IMG/VR virus record: IMGVR_UViG_3300042691_053485
Coordinates: 96,001-160,000 of that record
DNA: 64,000 bases
Strand: one strand, 5' to 3'
DNA from: a virus
Below are positions 45,532 to 55,426 of this stretch, piece after piece. Each line of letters starts with the position of its first letter. Position 1 is the stretch's first letter. The translations under genes were made by a program, and so were the position numbers. The notes below the pieces were generated by a model that had not been told where the DNA came from, ran no database searches, and saw nothing but the letters and a program-made list of their open reading frames with translations.

Positions 45532-48509
45532 TGGCTTGTAATAATAACATAGTAATTAAGCAAACGTTAACATACGCAGACCCTGATACTAATAACGGAT
45601 TAGTACAAGGCACAATATTGCTTGAAATTTTTAATGCAGGTGCGGCTAGTATTGATGGTACTGTAACTGTCGATAGTATTAGAAGTACCCCTGTTATCGA
45701 TTTAGATGACGCACCAATTTCAGAGTCACAACCGATAACAAGCACAGGCAGCACACATAATTTTAATTTTTACTACCCCTCAACCAAGCCTGAATTTATC
45801 ACAATAAATGCAAAGGCTAAAGTAAGAATTGACGATTGTTTTTATGAAATTTCTTGCAATCATGTTTTACAAACTCCAAATATTTCAGAAGACAGCTCAA
45901 TTTGTTCAAAACAAATACAAGGATATGAAGTAGTATCCGGATGTACAAATCCTCTTTATTATGAGTATAACCCAGATGCGAATGTCGATGATGGAAGTTG
46001 TGCAACGCTAATCCCAATCCAAGGTTGTACAAATCCGCTCGCTATTAATTATAATCCTTATGCAACTAAAAATGATGGGAGTTGTATATTCAAATCCGGG
46101 TGTACAAATCCAATTGCGGTAAACTATGATTCAACAGCGATTATTGATGACTTTAGTTGTGAATGTGGGGATGTAAACATAGCACTAGATTTAGGATACA
46201 CATCAGGCGAAAGCTTTGTCGTTGAAGATAATTGTCAATACACAATTGAATTTGACTTGATGACAAAAATTAATTGTGAAAAATTCTTAGAATTCTTTTA
46301 CAATGACACGAGAACCCCAATTCAAATATTAAGCGACCTCTCAATAAACACCCAAATTTTCGGATTATTTGATGTCACAGGAAGTAATATCGTTTACACA
46401 GGGGGAACTGTCATGCCTTCGGGTGAAACTGAATTTGTTCTATTACAAAGCGAAGAAATATATTTCTTTGACATAAACACAAAACCCTTTGGAATTGGCA
46501 CTTATGGTGATGGTGACTCATGTGAAACAATGTATGAACTTATTTCAGAAGAACTCGGCTTAGACTGCGAACCTATAACGAGTCGGGATTTTGAGGTATC
46601 TTGGAAGCGATACTCGATTGTGGTTAATAGTGATTTGGTAGAATACTTCTTGAAGTTCAATTTAAACTTCTCAAATTTTAAATTTGGACTCTGTGCATAT
46701 ATTGACAATGTAAAGTTAACTAAGATTTGTGCAATCCAGCGCGAAAGATGTGTGCTTATTCCAAGCAGATTCGGCTTTGAGTTTGAGCGAGTGTTAGACA
46801 ATAAAAAATCTTGGGTGAAAAGTGATACAAAAATCCAAAGAAAGTTTAATTATAATTCAACAGAAACAAATTATTTCGAAAGTGATTCTCGTTTGATTTT
46901 CAATACAAAAGAATTGGAGCTTCATTTGAATCCAATCAAATATATTGAAAACGATGTGTTCGATTATTACTCTTACAATTCAAAATGGTTTAAAGCACAA
47001 GAATCATACTACCAATCATTAAATAAAGCAAAGGTTAACACAGAGTACATAGATGTAGTCGGTCGGCAATTTATAAGAGAGTACCCGAGATTAAATGCCA
47101 TTTATGAGACTTACTTAGATGGAATTGAATGTGCAAACTCAAAAGAGTTAAACTATGGCTATGGGCTAACTTTGATAGAGTTGGCTGGTGCGAATTGGTT
47201 TAAACTAGTTGAGCAATTAGTCCCTGCTACTTCAATTTGGGGTGGCTATGAATATATTATTAAAAACAATTTGTTTCATAAGCCGAAACATAAATACCAG
47301 CGGTATTCACTAGGAGTAGCAGCAAATCCGGATTTAATCACAACAGGTGTAACCGTTGAGTGTAGGTCTTTGAATGATAAATGTTTGAATGAGCCATTCG
47401 CAGATATAGATGGGTTTTTAAGTTTCGATTTCGGGAATATCCAATGCGAAAATACAATAACCGGAGGGACAATCGGCTTTTCAGGCGAAGGTGGAGATGG
47501 TTTTTTTAGGGGTCGCTTAGTTGAGTATTATGTTGATGAAAATGGTAATAACATTGTTGATGATTATATCGGATTCGATGATTATGAATGTTTAACAGGA
47601 ACAACTTGTGAGTTGGCAAATGTGAATCCTAATCTATCCTATACTTGTATAGTAAATCCTGAAACAAATCAGAATACCGGATTGGCGATATTGCATATTT
47701 TACCCTCCGGTGGTATCCCCCCTTACACGATTTCAGGGGCAACAGATGGGCAAATTGTTGCTCACGAGTCTGTTGTTAATGTTGTTGTAACAGATTCCCA
47801 AGGGTGTGAATCATTAGAAGAGTATAATTCCATTCAAATCAATTGCCCTCAAACATTTTGTGATGGTAGTTTGGTGCTTGATGCGTATTATGTTTGTAAC
47901 ACAAATGAATGCGGAGTCTCAGATGGTACAGCATTTTTATACTTCTCAATTTCAGGTGGAACGCCACCATATCAAGTCCAAGACTTACTAACATTTAATT
48001 ACTTGAATCTGTCAGGGGAAGCTGTAAATAATGGAGATTTATTCTCTTTAGTAGCAATCGACGCGAATGGGTGCACAACAAAGGGCGTAACAGAGATAAA
48101 GGTTGATTGTGAGGACTGTCAATCTGTTTTAGACGAGCTTGAATTTGAATGCTTACTCGTAACTACTGCAAATGGGAGCAACCCTGCATCATTCGACATG
48201 AATATTGGATTTCCAACAACTCCGTTTCCCATGAATATTCAAGCCACATTTACAGTTACAGGAGATACAGGAACAATTACTTCAGGCGGAAACTATACTC
48301 AAACGATACCTGCGGGATTCCCACTTATTGATGACTTCCAATTTGTGAACAATTATGGGACAGACCCCGTTGTTGAAACAACATTTACTTTCACTCTTGA
48401 TATAGTTCTCGATAATGGATGTGAATTTTCAAAAACATTTAACATAACAATTGACCCCACTCAATTTTTTGATAGTGTTGGGGAAAGCTTCTTTTTCAAC
48501 TGTGTATAA
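45531..48509 (+). CDS. Tail/receptor-binding-like protein with GCTNP repeats and SprB-like repeats
   Basis: Three GCTNPxxxxYxxxAxxxDxSC repeats; GGIPPY and GGTPPY repeats. Confidence 0.55.
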   Translation: MACNNNIVIKQTLTYADPDTNNGLVQGTILLEIFNAGAASIDGTVTVDSIRSTPVIDLDDAPISESQPITSTGSTHNFNFYYPSTKPEFITINAKAKVRIDDCFYEISCNHVLQTPNISEDSSICSKQIQGYEVVSGCTNPLYYEYNPDANVDDGSCATLIPIQGCTNPLAINYNPYATKNDGSCIFKSGCTNPIAVNYDSTAIIDDFSCECGDVNIALDLGYTSGESFVVEDNCQYTIEFDLMTKINCEKFLEFFYNDTRTPIQILSDLSINTQIFGLFDVTGSNIVYTGGTVMPSGETEFVLLQSEEIYFFDINTKPFGIGTYGDGDSCETMYELISEELGLDCEPITSRDFEVSWKRYSIVVNSDLVEYFLKFNLNFSNFKFGLCAYIDNVKLTKICAIQRERCVLIPSRFGFEFERVLDNKKSWVKSDTKIQRKFNYNSTETNYFESDSRLIFNTKELELHLNPIKYIENDVFDYYSYNSKWFKAQESYYQSLNKAKVNTEYIDVVGRQFIREYPRLNAIYETYLDGIECANSKELNYGYGLTLIELAGANWFKLVEQLVPATSIWGGYEYIIKNNLFHKPKHKYQRYSLGVAANPDLITTGVTVECRSLNDKCLNEPFADIDGFLSFDFGNIQCENTITGGTIGFSGEGGDGFFRGRLVEYYVDENGNNIVDDYIGFDDYECLTGTTCELANVNPNLSYTCIVNPETNQNTGLAILHILPSGGIPPYTISGATDGQIVAHESVVNVVVTDSQGCESLEEYNSIQINCPQTFCDGSLVLDAYYVCNTNECGVSDGTAFLYFSISGGTPPYQVQDLLTFNYLNLSGEAVNNGDLFSLVAIDANGCTTKGVTEIKVDCEDCQSVLDELEFECLLVTTANGSNPASFDMNIGFPTTPFPMNIQATFTVTGDTGTITSGGNYTQTIPAGFPLIDDFQFVNNYGTDPVVETTFTFTLDIVLDNGCEFSKTFNITIDPTQFFDSVGESFFFNCV

Positions 48510-48511
48510 TT

Positions 48512-50602
48512 ATGGGATATATAATAGAAAATAAAAAACCTTTAATCCTTACAAGATTAACAGCTAAAGGTAGAGAAAAAATCGCGAAGGGGCTAATTGA
48601 TTGGTCATTTTGGTCGCTTGGCGATTCAGAAGTTGACTACAAAAATATTGAGTTGATTCCTGAAGAGTTTGGCACAAGCCAAGTCATGAAACCTAAAGAT
48701 TTTAACCCTAATGTAAAAACCTACCTTGAGCAAATTGATTGCAGCATTTTACAACCAATCTCTCCTGCTGAAAAACAGACGATTGAGTGCTGTGTCAGAA
48801 ATAAAGCTTTAGAGCGTGGATTTTTTTCGGGAGATACAAGTGAGTTAATTACCAACTCTGATTACATTAAAACGATAGGAACAGTTGGACTTTCCCAATT
48901 TAATGGCTTATCAACAATAGATATTGGCACTGTAGACTTCAATGATGGAGATTACATCATGTTCAAAATCACCAAGCCAAATATAGGAGTTTTATCGTTA
49001 TCAGAAACCGAAAAACCAGTTTTATATCTTTGGTATAAAATTAAAAAGCAAAGCCCTATTTCAACAATAATTGAAGTTGATAGACAGCTACCCTATTTCG
49101 CATTTCTTTCAAACATTGATGTCAACTTTTACATATTTCCAGGTGGGGAATCAATAACAAGCTATTACGGCAGCGGCTCAACGATTCCTTATTGGAATTC
49201 AGAAACCCTTGAATTTATATCTCAGTGTGATGTAACAACGGAGGATGTAAATGTTCTGAATATGAATAACGTTTGGAATGAGAGCCTAGCTGGAACACAA
49301 TCAATTTATGAAAAGTATTTGAACTATGGTTCTATTGATTATGTAGGTCAAAAGGAGTATTTTGGCTATAATATTGACTGTCCCGAGATAGTTCAAGAAA
49401 CAGGCGATTGTGAGGATAAATTGCTTAACTTGAATGATGATTATATCAAAGGAATTTCCATAATCCACTTTAGCAATCTAAATATTTCTAATGATTATGG
49501 TGAAAAATACTTCATTGACCATGACAATGACATCAATTTACGATTGAAATTTCCAACAATCATGTGGCATAGAAGAGACTTCTCAGGAGTCTCAGGAACC
49601 GGAAATATCATAGGAATGGAATTTATTTCATCAGGGGATTCCAAACTTGTTACAAATAGTGACATAACTTATTTCGACCTCGTTGAAGACCCCACATTTA
49701 TCAGTGCTAGTGGTACTCCAATGGTTGTTGGAAGGGTGTTTCCCGAATTAAAGGTTGTAGTGATTCACGATGAGGAATTATTGGCAGTAATGTCATATAA
49801 ATCAAGCCGAAACTTCACATTGCCAAACCTTAAAGGTAAGATGATTTCTCCACAAGATGGAGTTGGGACAGGTGTATTACCAAAGGGTAAGACAATGTAT
49901 GTAACATATACAATGGAGGCTAATAACGGACTCCAATACTTTTTACCACATCAAAAGTATATTAAATTCATCAACAATACTAAAATCGACAGAGATATTG
50001 AATTTTCTTTGGAGGATACCGGACTCCTTCCATACATGCGGCAATTAGAGCAAATGGGATATGATGGGCTTGGATTCTATGCAAATAGGTTCAAATTGCT
50101 TGTTCAGATTGTTGACAACCCTGATGATAGACCAAATCCTGAAAAATGGGTAAGTATTAATTATACGTCTAATCAGATTACAAATGTCACAAACTATACT
50201 ATAAATCCTTTATATTTGGAGCGTCAAACCCCACAATTGAATGGGTTTTATATAACAAAAACAAAATATAATTCAGGTTCTTTTTACAATCTTGCGGTTT
50301 TAAATATTCCGGAAATTATTTGTCCTGAAGACCTACAATTTGGTGACGAAAGATTTTTCTTTGGGAATTTAGATTGTTCAATTGGAGCTTGTATATATAG
50401 GACGGTTTTCAAGTTGATTATTGATGCTTCATTATTTGTAAAAAGCAGTAATCCAACTTGGGCTGAAGGAAATAATCTGTATTTCACAGAAATTGGAATA
50501 TACGACAGCCAACAAGACCTTGTCGCAATAACCAAATTTAGCAGACCTATAAAAATGCCGCAAGGTAGAAAATTTGCAGTAGAATTATCCCTTGACTTCT
50601 AA
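48512..50602 (+). CDS. Tail-collar/baseplate protein (DUF3751-like termini)
   Basis: N-term LTAKGREKIAKG...SLGDSEVDY; C-term FTEIGIYD...LVAITKFSRPIK. Confidence 0.6.
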   Translation: MGYIIENKKPLILTRLTAKGREKIAKGLIDWSFWSLGDSEVDYKNIELIPEEFGTSQVMKPKDFNPNVKTYLEQIDCSILQPISPAEKQTIECCVRNKALERGFFSGDTSELITNSDYIKTIGTVGLSQFNGLSTIDIGTVDFNDGDYIMFKITKPNIGVLSLSETEKPVLYLWYKIKKQSPISTIIEVDRQLPYFAFLSNIDVNFYIFPGGESITSYYGSGSTIPYWNSETLEFISQCDVTTEDVNVLNMNNVWNESLAGTQSIYEKYLNYGSIDYVGQKEYFGYNIDCPEIVQETGDCEDKLLNLNDDYIKGISIIHFSNLNISNDYGEKYFIDHDNDINLRLKFPTIMWHRRDFSGVSGTGNIIGMEFISSGDSKLVTNSDITYFDLVEDPTFISASGTPMVVGRVFPELKVVVIHDEELLAVMSYKSSRNFTLPNLKGKMISPQDGVGTGVLPKGKTMYVTYTMEANNGLQYFLPHQKYIKFINNTKIDRDIEFSLEDTGLLPYMRQLEQMGYDGLGFYANRFKLLVQIVDNPDDRPNPEKWVSINYTSNQITNVTNYTINPLYLERQTPQLNGFYITKTKYNSGSFYNLAVLNIPEIICPEDLQFGDERFFFGNLDCSIGACIYRTVFKLIIDASLFVKSSNPTWAEGNNLYFTEIGIYDSQQDLVAITKFSRPIKMPQGRKFAVELSLDF

Positions 50603-50647
50603 TTTTTTTTTTGATAAAAATCTATAATCGATTACATTAAAATAAAA

Positions 50648-51469
50648 ATGGTAAGAAATTATGTATTATCCCTAGACGTGAGTACCTCCACGATGGGGAT
50701 TTCTTTGTTTGAAGATATGGGCGACTATGGTGTGTTAAAAGAGTTGAATCACTTCCAACCAAACTTAAACCCTGAGCCTGAAACTCAACTTGAGCGGATA
50801 AAGGAGAAGGCAGAAGTATATGTTGTTGCCTTACATGAAAAATACTCAATGTTTAATATTACCCGAATCATTGTAGAAGAACCTTTGGCGAACAGTATGA
50901 GTCAGAAAGTTGCAAAGATGCTGGAAATTTTTAATGAATACTTTTGCCATCTTTTAGCTAAAAGGTTTGGAATCAAAATCGACTTCATTTCTGTCGATAA
51001 TGCAAGGCGATTCGGCTTACCTGAACTTTTAGGAAAGGATGGTAAACTTATGAGTGATTTCCCAAAAAGTGTTGCAGGATTGAAAAAGAATGATTGGGGT
51101 AAGTTCCTAATTATGTATTTGGTTTCACAAAGATACCCTCAAATTAAGTGGATATTGAATAATGCGCTTAAAATCAGTAAAGCAAATTTTGATAGGGCGG
51201 ATAGCGTTGTTGCAGGATTGGGATTCATGATAAAATCGGGACTGTGGACAAAAATGGGTACACAAGAATTTTGGGATGGTAGCAACTTTTCCTATGAAAA
51301 TTGTGTTACAATCATTGAGAAAAATGTAGCTTATGAGAAGTTCACTAAAAACCATATTGATAAGGACAAAACTTTATCGGCAAAGGATAAACTAAAAGTT
51401 AAAAAAAAGTATCTTCTTGAGGTGTTTAATATTGATAACTACTTAAATGTAGAATTTAAAAATGAATAG
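50648..51469 (+). CDS. RuvC-like Holliday junction resolvase
   Basis: VLSLDVSTSTMG, IIVEE and DRADSVVAG acidic motifs. Confidence 0.75.
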   Translation: MVRNYVLSLDVSTSTMGISLFEDMGDYGVLKELNHFQPNLNPEPETQLERIKEKAEVYVVALHEKYSMFNITRIIVEEPLANSMSQKVAKMLEIFNEYFCHLLAKRFGIKIDFISVDNARRFGLPELLGKDGKLMSDFPKSVAGLKKNDWGKFLIMYLVSQRYPQIKWILNNALKISKANFDRADSVVAGLGFMIKSGLWTKMGTQEFWDGSNFSYENCVTIIEKNVAYEKFTKNHIDKDKTLSAKDKLKVKKKYLLEVFNIDNYLNVEFKNE

Positions 51470-52400
51470 CGAAGTATATTCTGCCCTCCTCCGAACTTTC
51501 GGTACACCAAAGGCAACTAATCATTCAACAGGACAAATTTCCTTTGATTGCCCCAATTGCGATAATGGCAGACATAAGGGCAACCTAGAGGTAAACATTG
51601 AAAAGAACGTTTACTCTTGTTGGGCTTGCAGAGAGAATTATGATGGGGTGAAGGGCAGGGATATACTTAGACTCATAAGAAAATATGGGTCTAAAGAAGA
51701 TTATAAATTTCTAAGGGAGATTATGCCTCAAAAGGTATATGAGTTGCCTGTTGAAGTGGCAAAGAATGAGCTCGGATTCCCCAAAGAGTTTATATCATTT
51801 GAAGAGGAAAACTCTAATAAGAGAGGGTTTAAAACTTCTTTGGAATATTTGAAGCTTCGTAAGGTGTCTCAAGAGAAGGCAATCGACTTTGGACTTGGAT
51901 ATTGTATTGACGGTAAATATGCAGGTCGGATAATTATCCCATCATTTGACGAATTTGGTGAAATCGACTATTTTACAGGCAGAGATTTTACAGATAAGAG
52001 TAAAATAAAATACTTATCACCTTCGATTAAAGAGCAAGTATGTTTTAATCTTGGTAGAATAAATTTTGACCAATCGGTTTTCATAGTTGAGGGTCCGTTT
52101 GACCACTTAGCCCTACAGAATAGCATCCCATTACTTGGTAAATCACCAAGCGATTTGTTAATTAAAACACTACAAAATCGCCTATTGGGAAATCTTTTTA
52201 TTGCATTGGATGGTGATGCTTATGAAACAGCATTGAAGCTTAAATTTACCCTTGATTACGGAAATTTAAAGGGTAAGATTTATATCTTGAAAATTGAGGA
52301 ACATAAAGATATTGCATCAATTTACGCAGAGAATGATGAGGCTAATTTCTACAAAATTATCAAATCTGCTATCCTCAAAAATAATACTTTTGAGATTTGA
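51462..52400 (+). CDS. dnaG: DnaG-like DNA primase
   Basis: CPNC...CWAC Zn finger; GRIIIP; Toprim VEGPFD...ALDGDA. Confidence 0.9.
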   Translation: MNSEVYSALLRTFGTPKATNHSTGQISFDCPNCDNGRHKGNLEVNIEKNVYSCWACRENYDGVKGRDILRLIRKYGSKEDYKFLREIMPQKVYELPVEVAKNELGFPKEFISFEEENSNKRGFKTSLEYLKLRKVSQEKAIDFGLGYCIDGKYAGRIIIPSFDEFGEIDYFTGRDFTDKSKIKYLSPSIKEQVCFNLGRINFDQSVFIVEGPFDHLALQNSIPLLGKSPSDLLIKTLQNRLLGNLFIALDGDAYETALKLKFTLDYGNLKGKIYILKIEEHKDIASIYAENDEANFYKIIKSAILKNNTFEI

Positions 52401-52433
52401 TTATTATTTATTATAAAAGTTCGAAAGTACATT

Positions 52434-52910
52434 ATGGGTTACGATAAGATTGCGGTTATGTATAGGATTGAGCCTAAAAATTGGGATAAAATATTAACCC
52501 AAGTTAAAACCTCAGATATATACATTGACTTAAAAGAAAATATAAAGGGTCTTGAACAAGAACCACATGTTACGATTCTTTATGGAATCGAACCAACAGA
52601 AGATAAGAAGAAGCTTTTAAACATTTGTAAACAATTCCCAAAAATCGAGATTGAAGGCACAGGTGTGAGTATTTTTAAAAACGAAAAGTTTGATGTTTTA
52701 AAAATTGATGTAAACCCCATTAAGCTGCTCCCGATTCACAATTTCTTGAAGGATAACTTCGAATTTGAAAATGATTATCCCGATTACCATCCTCATATTA
52801 CTATTGCATACTTAAAACCTAACTGTGGTAAAAAGTATTGCAACCCTAACACTTCAATAACTTGCGAGGCAAAATCTGTTTGGATTAGTGGACCAGGATT
52901 TAAAAGTTAG
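52434..52910 (+). CDS. 2H phosphoesterase (T4 gp57B/Acb1-like)
   Basis: Two HxT motifs: PHVTILY and DYPDYHPHITIAY. Confidence 0.75.
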   Translation: MGYDKIAVMYRIEPKNWDKILTQVKTSDIYIDLKENIKGLEQEPHVTILYGIEPTEDKKKLLNICKQFPKIEIEGTGVSIFKNEKFDVLKIDVNPIKLLPIHNFLKDNFEFENDYPDYHPHITIAYLKPNCGKKYCNPNTSITCEAKSVWISGPGFKS

Positions 52911-52938
52911 TATAAACTTTAGCTAAATACATAGTATT

Positions 52939-53412
52939 ATGGAAACTATCTTTTTAAATTCTGACTTTTATAGGTTCAATCCTGACATGTTCGAAAAGAT
53001 TCTAAATGAAGTCTTCAAGAATTTAATCGACCTTACCGAAGAATATCCGGATTTCCGATTTTGGTTTTACTCCATTTTAAAGCCTGGAATATTATTAGGG
53101 GAGCGGGTTATAATAATTAAAGTTTTTAATGAAAGAATAGTTGGAATGTCAATTCTAAAAAGTACATTTACAGAGAAAAAAATCTGTACATTCAGAGTTA
53201 TAAGCGATTATCAAAAGATGGGAATTGGCACTGAACTAATGAGGCAGTCAATTATCGAATTAGAAACGACAAAACCTCTAATAACTGTTTCCGAAACTCG
53301 TGTGTACGAATTCTCAAAACTTTTTGAAACATTTAGTTTTAAAAATCATAGCGAAAAAGATTCCTATTATATAAAGGATAAGAAAGAATTTATATTTAAC
53401 CACGCATTATAA
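52939..53412 (+). CDS. GNAT-family acetyltransferase
   Basis: KICTFRV...YQKMGIGTELM acetyl-CoA motif A. Confidence 0.8.
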   Translation: METIFLNSDFYRFNPDMFEKILNEVFKNLIDLTEEYPDFRFWFYSILKPGILLGERVIIIKVFNERIVGMSILKSTFTEKKICTFRVISDYQKMGIGTELMRQSIIELETTKPLITVSETRVYEFSKLFETFSFKNHSEKDSYYIKDKKEFIFNHAL

Positions 53413-53494
53413 CTTAGCCAAAAGATAATTAAGAAAACCAAAACGCTTGAATTATTAAGCCGATAACAAAACCTAATTAAACTGAATATCTTAA

Positions 53495-53502
53495 TATTTA
53501 TA
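53495..53502 (+). promoter_or_regulatory. TATTTATA box
   Basis: 10 nt upstream of ATG 53513. Confidence 0.6.
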
Positions 53503-53512
53503 AGAAAAGAAA

Positions 53513-54598
53513 ATGGTTATCTTAATAAGTGAACAGCAAATAAAGAAGCTTAAAATAAACGAAATAGATTGGAAAGGGGAATTTGAAGATGTGAAAACGG
53601 TTTGTCTCTCTCAAGAAGCAATCGTTGACTATTTAAATCAAGTCCGAGCCAATGCAAGTAAGGACTATGGCAAAAGAACTAAGTTTGATGTTAAAATGCC
53701 CTTCATCCATTCTAAATCCGCATTTTTTAAAGACAACCCGGATGCAACAATTGATGTTCAAGCATTTATTGAACGAATTACTACTCCGCCAAAAACAATT
53801 ATAAGCCAGAATTCAAAAATGAGTAAATCGGGAGGCAAAAACCAATTTGTATACAACACAGGCATCCCGGCATTTAGAGGAATTGTTTATGATAAGGAAC
53901 AGGATAAGTTCTTTGTGATTAACACTTGCCCTGGCGCGGGTTCATGTGTTTCGATTTGCTATGCAAGAAAAGGAAATTATATCCAATATTCACAAGCCTA
54001 CGATTCTTTTACAAGGAGATTAAATCTTCTCCTCAACGACCCAACAGCCTATCAAACGCAGTTGTATAATGAATTAAAGGCTCGTGCAACAGAACATAAA
54101 GCATTAACAGGTTATAAAAATGAAGTTGTTATCAGATGGAATGATTCAGGCGACTTTTTCACAAAACGTTATGTTCAAATCGCAAAAGATGTCATTAAAG
54201 ATTTGCAAGCATCTGGCTATAATGTTATCGACTATGCTTATACAAAAATGGCAGATGTTGCAGCCGCAGGAGATTTAGGAAGCACGACATTTTCAATGGG
54301 TGCTAATAAGGAGCAGACAAAAAAAGCACAAAATATTTCATCACAAAAACTTTCACTAGTAATCCCAAAAGAACTGATGAGTGGCATTGAAATTCATACT
54401 TATGAAGGCGAAGACCAATATAAGCAAAGAGTTTCAGACTTCTTCTCAATCCCTGTCGAAGAATTGGTTACTTATGATGAATTCATGTCTTCACCAAAAA
54501 TGGACTACCCATTCTATAATGTAATTGTCACACCAAATGATGGTGATGATGCAGCCCAAAGACCAGACGTAAAAAGAATTCTTTTATCTGCACATTAA
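53513..54598 (+). CDS. Phage GP88-like protein (radical-SAM-like Cys motif)
   Basis: NTCPGAGSCVSICYA, IRWNDSGDF and YAYTK motifs. Confidence 0.7.
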   Translation: MVILISEQQIKKLKINEIDWKGEFEDVKTVCLSQEAIVDYLNQVRANASKDYGKRTKFDVKMPFIHSKSAFFKDNPDATIDVQAFIERITTPPKTIISQNSKMSKSGGKNQFVYNTGIPAFRGIVYDKEQDKFFVINTCPGAGSCVSICYARKGNYIQYSQAYDSFTRRLNLLLNDPTAYQTQLYNELKARATEHKALTGYKNEVVIRWNDSGDFFTKRYVQIAKDVIKDLQASGYNVIDYAYTKMADVAAAGDLGSTTFSMGANKEQTKKAQNISSQKLSLVIPKELMSGIEIHTYEGEDQYKQRVSDFFSIPVEELVTYDEFMSSPKMDYPFYNVIVTPNDGDDAAQRPDVKRILLSAH

Positions 54599-55366
54599 AT
54601 GAAGAGTGTAATAAAAAAGATATTACAAGAGACTTTACTAAAAGAGGCATTAATGAGAATTGACTCTGATGTCAATTTGATTTATGATAATTTTTTTAAA
54701 AGTGATATTGACACAATTGCATCAACAGGTATTATAACTCCTGATATGTTTAAATCAGAAACCACTACTACAGATATCCTTAGAAGTGAATTATGTGTTC
54801 AAGCACATAAAATAAATCCCTGTACAATACGGATTAATACGCCGGAAAATGGAGTCCATAATGCCTATAAACCTAGTGAAAACTTAATAAGCATAACCAT
54901 AAATAAAAATGCTGTTAATGTCTCCCTAACAGAGTTTAATGGTGATGTTCACGCCACTTCAAAAGGATTAGAGCAGCCTGCAAATCGTTTTTTAGCTGAG
55001 TTTAGCGAGCATAAGTTAAAAGGTACTATTCATCATGAACTTGTACATTGTCTTGATGACTCTTTACATAATTTCCACTTATCAAAAGAGTTAAATATTC
55101 CCGGGCGTAAACTATACATTAGGGGAGTTCCTCAAATGTCAAGCTTTCCTGAAGTCCAAGCCCTTATTCATAATATTCACCAAGCAAAAAATAAATATCA
55201 AGATATTTGGGATGAGATTTCATACGAGGAATTATTAGATTATGTACCACAATTAGATATAATTAAAAGAAAACTTTATAATGTTGAATATGAAGACTTT
55301 TTAAAACGCCTTAAAAAGAGAATGTACAGAGAAGGACTTTTAGGAAAAAAAATGTACAATTATTAG
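54599..55366 (+). CDS. Zincin-like metallopeptidase domain protein
   Basis: TIHHELVHCLD (HExxH) with a downstream E (PEVQA). Confidence 0.55.
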   Translation: MKSVIKKILQETLLKEALMRIDSDVNLIYDNFFKSDIDTIASTGIITPDMFKSETTTTDILRSELCVQAHKINPCTIRINTPENGVHNAYKPSENLISITINKNAVNVSLTEFNGDVHATSKGLEQPANRFLAEFSEHKLKGTIHHELVHCLDDSLHNFHLSKELNIPGRKLYIRGVPQMSSFPEVQALIHNIHQAKNKYQDIWDEISYEELLDYVPQLDIIKRKLYNVEYEDFLKRLKKRMYREGLLGKKMYNY

Positions 55367-55390
55367 AACTTTTAGCATATAAATAACGTT

Positions 55391-55424
55391 AAAGGATGCA
55401 GCAAACTAAAGCTACATCCTTTTT
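55391..55424 (+). terminator. Intrinsic terminator
   Basis: AAAGGATGCAGC/GCTACATCCTTT stem plus T run. Confidence 0.65.
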
Positions 55425-55426
55425 CT

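Noticed and set aside
55378-55385. Minus-strand TATTTATA
   Set aside because: It points antisense into 54599-55366 with no downstream ORF; probably chance in AT-rich DNA, and a reminder that the motif needs a background test.
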